NCBI GenBank assembly: GCA_963675595.2
Contig: CAXXLZ010000002.1
Location: forward strand, 448,001 to 512,000
Source: Thermodesulfobacteriota bacterium
GTDB taxonomy: Bacteria; Desulfobacterota; Desulfarculia; JACQYL01
DNA: 64,000 nt
Reading direction: 5' to 3'
Shown here: one piece after another, positions 9,765 through 17,650 of the stretch
Position numbering within the stretch: the stretch's first letter is position 1
Layout: the number at the start of each line of letters is the position of its first letter
Made by a program: the position numbers and the translations under genes
The notes under the pieces: generated by a model
The model's input: the letters and a program-made list of their open reading frames with translations, nothing else
What the model was told of the DNA's origin: nothing
Databases searched by the model: none

Positions 9765-10916
9765 TTACCGACCGAGGAGGCCCTTTGCCGCGTCCGACAA
9801 TTCTTCTGCGTGGGTCCTCAGGCGCCTCTTGATGATCTCGGACTCCTCCGCGGCATAGTGTCCGTAAATCCCCATCGCGGACTCCACGAGGCCCATCAGC
9901 TCTTCCGGGCCGAATGACACGATCAGGGCCATCAACTCCCCTCCCCTTCCCGGAGACCCTTGGATATCAAGCGCTTCCGAAACGCCCCTCAACGCCTCAC
10001 TCATGGGAAAGTCTCCTTTCCACACGAACTCCCCGACACCGTCGCAACGGTCCAGACGCATCCTCAGAGTCAGATCCAGAACAAAATATACCAGAAAGAG
10101 AAACGGTCCGGACTTTGCGCAGTTGTCGAGCGGTAGGCAGGCCCGGTAATCCCTGGCGGTGATCAGGCGCACTTGGACGGACCCGTCCTCGGCCTTCACC
10201 ACAAAGTCGCCGGCGGCGTGACTCCATGGAAAGATTTGTCTCCACCCTTCCGGGTCAAGGTAACTGGTCAGAACGTAACACGCCCGTCGATAAAGGATGT
10301 CTTCTTCTTCCCTGGACAAGCACCGGAACCCGTTACGGTAATCCCATAAAAACACTTTCGCGCCGCCGGAATCTCCGTCGGGCGACAAATGCCACTCGTG
10401 GTATCCTTCGAACCACTCCAACACCGTCACCCGAACCTCGCAATCCCTCATCCTGGTTTCACCCTTGAAGAAGAGCTCGGGCAAGTATCCGGTGTCATGG
10501 ATCTCGCTCAATTCAGCGATCACCGCAAACTCCCTGTCCAACCATTCGGCGGCCTCCGAGCCTACGGCAACGTTCATTCCGAATCTGACAAGGTCGTCTC
10601 CCCAGTCCAGCTCCCCCACCGCCACATGATAAAGCGCTCCGTGTTTCTCCGTTTTGATGGTGAGGGTTGCCGAGTCCAGGGACGGACGATCGTCGGGCCG
10701 AAGTCGATCCAGCAGGCCTTCCAACAACGCCCTGTTTTCCACGGTTAGAAAACGATAGAGCCCTTGGAAGTAATCTCCAAGGCTCAGGCTGGGATGAAGC
10801 GAATTGGGAGCAATCAGAAAAGGGCGGCTCAACAAGCTTTCCCCTACCTCCAGGTCTCCTTCGGGAGAAGCACAGAAATAACGAACTCCGAGAGGCTGGG
10901 CTGAAAGCCTGTTCAT
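9765..10916 (-). CDS. Conserved hypothetical protein, possible protein-kinase-like (APH-like) fold
   Basis: 383-aa ORF coupled (ATGA overlap) to the upstream gene; EKHGALYH, LDREF, LPELF, LEWFEGYHEWH, WSHAAGDFVV, VRLITARDY. Fold assignment is inference. Confidence 0.7.
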   Translation of the reverse strand: MNRLSAQPLGVRYFCASPEGDLEVGESLLSRPFLIAPNSLHPSLSLGDYFQGLYRFLTVENRALLEGLLDRLRPDDRPSLDSATLTIKTEKHGALYHVAVGELDWGDDLVRFGMNVAVGSEAAEWLDREFAVIAELSEIHDTGYLPELFFKGETRMRDCEVRVTVLEWFEGYHEWHLSPDGDSGGAKVFLWDYRNGFRCLSREEEDILYRRACYVLTSYLDPEGWRQIFPWSHAAGDFVVKAEDGSVQVRLITARDYRACLPLDNCAKSGPFLFLVYFVLDLTLRMRLDRCDGVGEFVWKGDFPMSEALRGVSEALDIQGSPGRGGELMALIVSFGPEELMGLVESAMGIYGHYAAEESEIIKRRLRTHAEELSDAAKGLLGR

Positions 10917-12019
10917 GTATCGATTCGGTCTCCGAGGGCTTCGCCGGCAAGATCCCCGACGGTTACACGTTTCAGAAATCCTTCCACATAAACCTCGAGG
11001 ACGTCCTTATCGTCGCGGATTCTCACCAGGTGCTCTCTACACGACGACACGTCCAAAAATCCAAGGATGCGGGCGGCATATCCACGGATGGAGGGATTTT
11101 CCGACGACAACATACGCACGAAGAAAGGCACGGCTTGGCTGCCGAGTACATCCTTGTCAACGGCGACGATCCCGCACAGAACTCGCAAGACGTTGGGAGC
11201 CAGAACTTCATCTTTGATGAAATCGAAGAAAAACTGTGTATATCTTGCGTAGAGATCGGTCCGATGGGCGATAATGGAACCTATGGCGTCCAATGCGCCC
11301 CAACTTGACGCTGCGCTGTCCGCAACCGAACTAAGAAGACGTTGCAGAAGATTGGCCACAAACCCCGGTTCGGTCTCCGCAATAATCGCGGCGGCACGCC
11401 CGATCATGTCGGACGCCCTCAATCGCATCAACTCATCGCCCGTGTACAACAGACGCTGTAGGTCACGAAGAATGCGCTTGTCTTCTCGGGCAAGTCTTTC
11501 CACCCGTTCCGTGTCATAAGAAGCGACCAAGGCGGCGACATCTTCCTTGCCGAAAGACTTTGGGACAAAAACCCTTTTAGAGCCCTGCCGGTGCACGGCG
11601 TAATCCTTCAGATCGCTCCCCCCGGCCTTACCTGCCTGATCGCAGATCTGCCGCTCCTTGAGCCGCAGAAAAAAGAGTGCACCACGGATCCTCCTGCCTT
11701 CAAGAGCTCCTCCGGGAACCACCAGATGACTTTGATCATCGTATCTTTCGAGAACCTGGTCCTGATAGTCGACTTCAGCCACCACGTCGAGGGCCGCGTC
11801 CATCGTTTTTCCCGAAGCTGATTCAAGGGCGATCAGCAGAGCGCTGCCCAGGTTGTGGCCCGTAACGTCGCACACGTACACGGCTCCGCACGAACACACG
11901 CCGCGCGGCATGCTTCCCCCGTCATGATAGTCGGCCGGCCGTTCCACGGCAAAGCCGCAGAAAGGACATCGGGCTCTCTGAACGATTTCGCGTTTCCCCA
12001 CGCTACCGGACATGATCAA
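10913..12019 (-). CDS. Zn-ribbon + HEAT/PBS-lyase-like repeat protein
   Basis: N-terminal CPFCG...CSCGAVYVCD; C-terminal helical repeats (LQRLLYTGDELMRLRASDMIG, LSSENPSIRGYAARILG). Confidence 0.8.
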   Translation of the reverse strand: MIMSGSVGKREIVQRARCPFCGFAVERPADYHDGGSMPRGVCSCGAVYVCDVTGHNLGSALLIALESASGKTMDAALDVVAEVDYQDQVLERYDDQSHLVVPGGALEGRRIRGALFFLRLKERQICDQAGKAGGSDLKDYAVHRQGSKRVFVPKSFGKEDVAALVASYDTERVERLAREDKRILRDLQRLLYTGDELMRLRASDMIGRAAAIIAETEPGFVANLLQRLLSSVADSAASSWGALDAIGSIIAHRTDLYARYTQFFFDFIKDEVLAPNVLRVLCGIVAVDKDVLGSQAVPFFVRMLSSENPSIRGYAARILGFLDVSSCREHLVRIRDDKDVLEVYVEGFLKRVTVGDLAGEALGDRIDT

Positions 12020-12297
12020 ACACTCCCGGCATCCAGGTCCAGAGAAACCTCCTCAGCATCAGGATCGAATTCGAATTCGGTGATTCCGAATCCATCCCCA
12101 CGCGATACAAACGTAATCGTCCAGCTCTTGTATTCCGAGCCGGCGAAACCGCAGCTAAGCACTCCGGTTCTCGCGTCCATGCTCCTGAGTCTGGGTACGA
12201 TCGTTTCGTAGAAAACCTCTTGAATTATGCCTTTATCCTCGTAACTCAGCACAGGAGGCTTTGCTGCTCCCATATTCTTCCTTCCGCCAAACCTCAT
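12016..12297 (-). CDS. Small acidic hypothetical protein
   Basis: Stop overlaps the next start (ATGA); start may be ATG 12273; ends FEFDPDAEEVSLDL. Confidence 0.65.
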   Translation of the reverse strand: MRFGGRKNMGAAKPPVLSYEDKGIIQEVFYETIVPRLRSMDARTGVLSCGFAGSEYKSWTITFVSRGDGFGITEFEFDPDAEEVSLDLDAGSV

Positions 12298-12324
12298 CCG
12301 AGGGCCGACGGTCCGCGATTCGGT

Positions 12325-12567
12325 TCACGCAGGCCCGGGGATGTCCACGCTCAGGCAGTGATTCCCCTGGCCGCAGGATTTGGCCGTAATGGTAGGTTTA
12401 TTTCCACCCTTGCCGGGTCCCACCACATAGTTCGTTCGGCTGACCACACGCTCCAGGTTTTCGCAGCCGCATTCACGGCATTTCAACTCCACCTCTTGGT
12501 CGGAGCGAGAGAGGATTTCCTCATTGACGAACCCGCATTCCATACACCTAAATTCAAAAATGGGCAT
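12325..12567 (-). CDS. FmdB-family zinc-ribbon protein
   Basis: MPIFEFRCMECG...CRECGCENLERVVS, plus a C-terminal SCGQGNHC. Confidence 0.88.
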   Translation of the reverse strand: MPIFEFRCMECGFVNEEILSRSDQEVELKCRECGCENLERVVSRTNYVVGPGKGGNKPTITAKSCGQGNHCLSVDIPGPA

Positions 12568-12704
12568 TTCAGCATCCCTTTTCGGCAGGTCTTCGAAGGA
12601 ATAAAAAAGGCGTCGCGGCATGGAGTTCACACCTAACGCCTTTTATCCGAAGACGACTTTTTGGACAGCCCTTGACAGGCAGCTTCGTATAATTTCCTTG
12701 GAAA

Positions 12705-13022
12705 TTAGACGCAGCCGGTCGGTTTGGGAAGGCCGGCCATCTTACAGGCGCCCTTACCAGGTCCGGAGGGAAACAGCTCATAGATGTATTTGAGCTTATA
12801 ACCGGTCACTTTGGACAGAATACGGACCATGGGAGCAATCCCGTTCTTCTTGTAGTAGTCCTGAAGGACGTTGATGACCTTCCAGTGTTCGTCCGTGAGC
12901 TCCTCGATACCTTCGGTGCTCTTGACGTATTCCACCCAAGTCTTGTTCCAGTTATTGAAATCGTCGATGAATCCGTCCTCATCAACGCTGAACTTTTCAC
13001 CCTTGAAATCAATTTCCGCCAT
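12705..13022 (-). CDS. dsrC: DsrC sulfur-carrier protein
   Basis: VDEDGF, LTDEHWKVI, APMVRIL, YELFPSGPGKGACKMAGLPKPTGCV; both C-terminal Cys (CysB and CysA) present. Confidence 0.98.
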   Translation of the reverse strand: MAEIDFKGEKFSVDEDGFIDDFNNWNKTWVEYVKSTEGIEELTDEHWKVINVLQDYYKKNGIAPMVRILSKVTGYKLKYIYELFPSGPGKGACKMAGLPKPTGCV

Positions 13023-13054
13023 CTGCGATTCCTCCTAGATTGTTTAAATTTTCT

Positions 13055-13083
13055 TTCTTAAACCCCTTCGACATTTCTGTCAA
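13055..13083 (-). promoter_or_regulatory. Putative sigma70 promoter of dsrC
   Basis: Minus strand TTGACA-N17-TAAGAA, about 30 nt upstream of the GGAGG SD and ATG of dsrC. Confidence 0.6.
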
Positions 13084-13169
13084 GAAGATATTAGAGCCGA
13101 AATTTCCTGCACAAAAAAACCCTTGCCAACCATTCAGCGTCTTGTCAAGCGATTTCAGTCCGCCGAACC

Positions 13170-14609
13170 TCACCCGCCCGTCCTCCCACCGGCCGCCAAC
13201 ACGGCTTCTCCCAATCGGGCTTTTCCTCGTCGTTTTTCAACGGAGTATTCGGCGGATTTTCGCACAAATCCCTCCGCCCACTCCGGCGTGCCCGAAGCAT
13301 GCACATGGGTATACATCGCCATTACGTTCTTGTAGACCAAACCATCACGCCCCGAAAGGCACCCGGTGCCGCGCTCCATCCGGAAGCAGCAGGCTCCCGA
13401 GGAACCCGAACCGTCCGGTTTCGAGTAGTGGAATTCATGCCCTTTGATCTTGACGCCGACGGCGAAAAAGGGGTTGCGCCGGTCCGACTTCAAGATGCTG
13501 TATCCGTGGCCTTGAGGCTTGGATTCCATTCGGAAGCGAAGGGGAAAAACACCCATCATGGGGTACACGCCGCTCGGCGTCGATAGTTCCTCCCCCAAGA
13601 GCATAAGCCCTCCACATTCCGCATAAACCGGCATTCCGTTTTCAACATGCCCTCTGAGCCAGGACCGAAATTCCACGTTTGTGGAGATTTCCCGCGCGTG
13701 AGTTTCCGGAAATCCGCCGCCGATGTATAAGCCGTCCAGTTCCTCGGAAGGCGCTCCACGCAAAGAGCAGACCTCCGTCAGTTCCGCGCCCGTCCGTTGG
13801 AGAGCCTCCAGATTCTCGGGATAATAAAACCAGAAAGCGCTGTCTCTCACGACTCCGATTTTGGGACGAACGTTGGACTCCCACCGTTCCGAAGTTTCTT
13901 GACACACCTCCGGGAGAGGACCGGCGGAATCGGCCAGGGCCAACAAATCAGGCACGTTCAGGCAGTTCTTGGCCACAATGAGGGCGCTCTTCATGGCCGC
14001 CTCGCCTTGCGGATGCTCCTGCGGAGGCACCAAGCCCATGTGTCTTTCGGGAACCAGTCCGTCCGTGATCCTTCGAACCACGCCCAACACGGGCAGCCCC
14101 GTGTAGTGCTCGACGGTCTTTCTCACCAAATTCGCATGGCGGGCTCCCCGGATACGGTTGAGGATCACCCCGGCCAGACGAAGCTCGGGATCGAAATGAA
14201 GACACCCCAAAACCATTGCCGCCACGGTGCGCGTAGCCATGGTGCAGTCGACTATGATCACCACGGGAGAACGCGTGAGCTTGGCCAGCTCCGCAGTGGA
14301 AAAGGTACCCTCTTCGTCCATGCCGTCGTAAAGCCCTCGGTTTCCTTCGATCAGCGCGACTCCGGAAGCTCCGTGACGGTATACGGACCGCAGAACTTCG
14401 TCCCCGCCCATAAGGAAGGGATCCAGATTGTAACAGGGTCTGCCCGCAGCGAGAGACAGCCAGCCCGTATCAATGAAATCCGGACCCTTCTTGAAAGGCA
14501 CGACCGTACGACCGAGCCCTCGGAAGGCCTGGATCAAGCCCATGGTAAGGGTGGTCTTACCGGACCCTCCACGAAGAGCCGCCACCACGAGCCGAGATTT
14601 ATGCGTCAT
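13170..14609 (-). CDS. dsrN: DsrN / cobyrinate a,c-diamide synthase-like siroheme amidase
   Basis: GGSGKTT, FKKGPDFID, IEGNRGLYDG, PERHMGL, FYYPENL, GGFPE, YAECGG, GHEFHYS, YTHVH; in the dsr cluster; start trimmed to ATG 14609. Confidence 0.88.
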   Translation of the reverse strand: MTHKSRLVVAALRGGSGKTTLTMGLIQAFRGLGRTVVPFKKGPDFIDTGWLSLAAGRPCYNLDPFLMGGDEVLRSVYRHGASGVALIEGNRGLYDGMDEEGTFSTAELAKLTRSPVVIIVDCTMATRTVAAMVLGCLHFDPELRLAGVILNRIRGARHANLVRKTVEHYTGLPVLGVVRRITDGLVPERHMGLVPPQEHPQGEAAMKSALIVAKNCLNVPDLLALADSAGPLPEVCQETSERWESNVRPKIGVVRDSAFWFYYPENLEALQRTGAELTEVCSLRGAPSEELDGLYIGGGFPETHAREISTNVEFRSWLRGHVENGMPVYAECGGLMLLGEELSTPSGVYPMMGVFPLRFRMESKPQGHGYSILKSDRRNPFFAVGVKIKGHEFHYSKPDGSGSSGACCFRMERGTGCLSGRDGLVYKNVMAMYTHVHASGTPEWAEGFVRKSAEYSVEKRRGKARLGEAVLAAGGRTGG

Positions 14610-14812
14610 TTCCGTTTGAAACATACCGGGTCGGATACTCTGAAACCTGACATCATGAGGTTGTTTAAAGGTGCGGATGAGTGTTCGTTGTTTCTCCGCG
14701 AAACCACTTTTCACTCCTTTCGGCACCGGTCCGAACTCCTCGCGGATCGTGGCCGAAACGAGACTGGAACTTGTGTACGGCAGCCGTTCCGAGTATTTTT
14801 CGCGACCAAATT

Positions 14813-14841
14813 TCTATACATTTCAAGTTGTTTGAAGTCAA
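14813..14841 (-). promoter_or_regulatory. Putative sigma70 promoter of dsrN
   Basis: Minus strand TTGACT-N17-TATAGA in an AT-rich patch; implies a leader of about 200 nt. Confidence 0.6.
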
Positions 14842-15157
14842 CAAAAAAATAATCTTTTCACAAGCATCGCCCCCTCCCTCCGCCCGGAAGACACCTCTTC
14901 CCATCCGCGCACCGGCGAACCCGTTCAACGGTGACGCCTGTGTTGTCACCCTCCCATAATCGCCCTTCACCGAGGCCTCCTCGCCGATCGTGGGTCGCAC
15001 CCAAGGCTTCGAGAAAGTTTTCCCATTGGCATGGGGGGGGCCGGTTTTCGTTTCCACCTGTCGAACGCTGAACACAATAATCGAGACTTCCCATTGGTCG
15101 AAACTTCATGCTGTTGTATAATGAAGCCGCAAATCAGAATCGAGGAGTCGGACACCA

Positions 15158-16291
15158 GTGAATTCCGCCAAAGAGTCTCACGTTCCTAAAATTCTCATCG
15201 TCGACGATGACCGTCTCAATCACCTGCTTCTCACGGCCATTCTCGAGCGAGACGGGCACCATACCATCTCAGCCTACGATGGTCCCGAGGGCCGCCGACT
15301 GGCTTCGGACGAAAAACCCGACCTCATTGTGCTGGATGTCATGATGCCCGGCGAAAACGGCTTTGAAACCTGCACATTGCTGAAACAAGAGCAGGAAACC
15401 ACGGACATACCCATCATTTTTATCTCCGCTCTGGACGACGTCGACAGCAAGGTCAAAGGACTCACTCTGGGCGGCGTCGACTATATCTCCAAACCCTTCG
15501 AAGCCGCCGAAGTGCTCGCTCGGACCCGCATTCACCTCAAACTGCGCCACGCCTACCAAGCCGTAATCAATAACCAAGCCGACAAGCTGAAACAAATTCA
15601 AGAAGCGCAGCAATCCATTCTGATTCACCCGGACGACATCCCGGAAGCGAAATTCTCGGTCTCCTACATACCCCTGCAGGAAGCGGGAGGCGACTTCTAC
15701 GACGTGTTTCCGCTCACTGATAATATCCACGGCTATTTCGTGGGAGACATCAGCGGCCACGACTTGGGGGCGTCCTTCGTCACCCCGGCCTTGAAAGCCC
15801 TATTGGCCCAAAACGCCAGACCCATCTTTACCCCGGTGGAAACCATGAAGATGATCAACGGAGTCCTGAACTTGGTTATCCCCCCGGGAATGTACCTCAC
15901 GGCCTGTTACGCCCACCTTAACCGGCTCCGATCAACCCTCACGCTCGTGGGTGCCGGCCATCCGCCCGCGATTTACCTCGACGGAAACGGCCAAGTTCGC
16001 GAGATCCAAGCCTCCGGCGACGTCCTGGGCGCCTTCGAAAACGTGGTTTTCGATTCCGTGCAGGTCAAGGTCTCCCCGGGAGACAGGCTCTTTCTCTACA
16101 CCGACGGCATCATCGAGCTGTTCGGAAAGAGCACCAGAGGCAGGGACAAAGGAATCGATATACTGTCCAGAGCGTGCCAAGACACGCGCAACCTTTCCCT
16201 TGATGAGTCTCTCGCGGAGATGTCCAAACGCCTATTCGGATGTAACGTGCCCCAAGAGGACGATTACCTGCTCCTGGGGATCGAGGTGTAA
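15158..16291 (+). CDS. Response-regulator receiver fused to a PP2C/SpoIIE (RsbU-like) phosphatase
   Basis: ILIVDDD, LDVMMPG, DYISKPF; GGDFYD, GDISGH, AGHPP, LYTDG, EDD. Confidence 0.92.
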   Translation: MNSAKESHVPKILIVDDDRLNHLLLTAILERDGHHTISAYDGPEGRRLASDEKPDLIVLDVMMPGENGFETCTLLKQEQETTDIPIIFISALDDVDSKVKGLTLGGVDYISKPFEAAEVLARTRIHLKLRHAYQAVINNQADKLKQIQEAQQSILIHPDDIPEAKFSVSYIPLQEAGGDFYDVFPLTDNIHGYFVGDISGHDLGASFVTPALKALLAQNARPIFTPVETMKMINGVLNLVIPPGMYLTACYAHLNRLRSTLTLVGAGHPPAIYLDGNGQVREIQASGDVLGAFENVVFDSVQVKVSPGDRLFLYTDGIIELFGKSTRGRDKGIDILSRACQDTRNLSLDESLAEMSKRLFGCNVPQEDDYLLLGIEV

Positions 16292-16295
16292 AAGC

Positions 16296-16754
16296 ATGTT
16301 CACCGTCCAAAAAAGCGCCGGCGGGTTACGTATGAGATTTCCCGCCTCCCTCGAAAACATAGACATCGCCTGCAGGCACGCCCGAGATCTCTTGAGAAGC
16401 ATCCGGACCGGTGTGCAGGATATCTTCGAAGTCTCCCTGGTGCTTAGAGAAGCTTTGCTCAACGCCGTGATACATGGGAGCGGGTCCGATCCGACCATGA
16501 AGGTTCAGTGTGAACTGGGCATGGAGCCGGGTAAGATCGAGATCACCGTCGAGGACGAGGGAGGCGGCTTTGATTGGAAAACTCGGCTGAAGCGCATCTC
16601 GGACCCGCACGAGACCGGTGGAAGAGGCCTGACCATTCTGCGAGCCTATTGTGACTCCGTGGTTTTCAATGAGAGCGGAAACCGTGTGGTTATGAGGATG
16701 AATCTCGAACCGGTCAAATCCCCGCAAGACCCCGAATCCGCCGACGTGCGGTGA
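16296..16754 (+). CDS. RsbW/SpoIIAB-like anti-sigma Ser/Thr kinase
   Basis: EALLNAVIHG, VEDEGGGFDW, GGRGLTIL; start trimmed to ATG 16296. Confidence 0.9.
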   Translation: MFTVQKSAGGLRMRFPASLENIDIACRHARDLLRSIRTGVQDIFEVSLVLREALLNAVIHGSGSDPTMKVQCELGMEPGKIEITVEDEGGGFDWKTRLKRISDPHETGGRGLTILRAYCDSVVFNESGNRVVMRMNLEPVKSPQDPESADVR

Positions 16755-16963
16755 ACGAACCGACCCATTACGTGTACGACAAGTTTCCCGAACCTCGGAG
16801 CAGAGCGTTGGAACGCGCGATAAGCGGCATTGCGCTTTGTCCCTCGTCGGTCCGACATACTTTCACTTACGGCCTCCTTGCGATTTCCGCGTTTCGCCCG
16901 TCATCGTTTTTCACCGATCCGCAGTGACGCGGTGACCGGGCTATTCCAGCGAGCCGGCGGAGG

Positions 16964-17650
16964 TCACCCCCGATCCTCGCAGGCCGAGACGCGCCCGCCT
17001 GCGGGAAGATTCGAAAAAAACTCCCGAACCACCCGGCACATGATCGTCGACGCCTCTTCCATTGTGGGGCAACGAGCCCCCAATTCCTCACGTAGAGACG
17101 TGACCTTGAGCCCACGTAATCCGCAGGGATTCATCAGGGAAAAAAACCGCAGGTCCGGATCGAGGTTGAGACTCAGCCCATGAAGGCTCACGTACTTTTT
17201 CACCGCCACACCGATAAACTGTACCTTCCTGTCTTCGATGAACACCCCTCTTCCCACGGAGGACCGTCCGCCGCTGAGGCCGTATTCGGCGAGGAAACGA
17301 ATTCCGGTCTCCTCAAGGCCGGTTACCAGACCCGATACGCTCAGGCCGGAGGTCTTCAAATCCAGGATCGGGTAGACCATCAACTGTCCGGGACCGTGGT
17401 AGGTGACGTCCCCTCCCCTCTCAGTGGAAACGACTTCCACCGGAGTCCCGTCGGGGCCGATACGAGAGAAAAGATTTTCTCGATTGCCGGCTCTCCCCAG
17501 AGTGATCACATGGTCATGCTCCGTAACCAGAACCACGTCGGGAAGGCCTCGATCCTCCGATTTCCGTTTGTGGAGCGCCCGTTGCCGGTTCAGGGTTTCC
17601 GAATAACCCGTCCGGCCGAGCCATTCTACGATTACCTGGGTTCGGCCCAT
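16964..17650 (-). CDS. lipB: Lipoyl(octanoyl) transferase LipB
   Basis: EHDHVITLGR, RGGDVTYHGPGQLMVYPIL, HGLSLN, NPCGL; start trimmed to ATG 17650. Confidence 0.92.
   Translation of the reverse strand: MGRTQVIVEWLGRTGYSETLNRQRALHKRKSEDRGLPDVVLVTEHDHVITLGRAGNRENLFSRIGPDGTPVEVVSTERGGDVTYHGPGQLMVYPILDLKTSGLSVSGLVTGLEETGIRFLAEYGLSGGRSSVGRGVFIEDRKVQFIGVAVKKYVSLHGLSLNLDPDLRFFSLMNPCGLRGLKVTSLREELGARCPTMEEASTIMCRVVREFFSNLPAGGRVSACEDRG

Noticed and set aside
12672-12693. TTGACA...TATAAT antisense to dsrC
   Set aside because: The spacer is only 10 nt.
13110-13132. Sigma54 promoter upstream of dsrC (TTGGCA...TGC)
   Set aside because: GG-to-GC spacing is not the required 10 nt.
14610-14806. 6S RNA or known riboswitch assignment
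   Set aside because: Could not identify the diagnostic conserved sequences; kept only as an unassigned structured leader.
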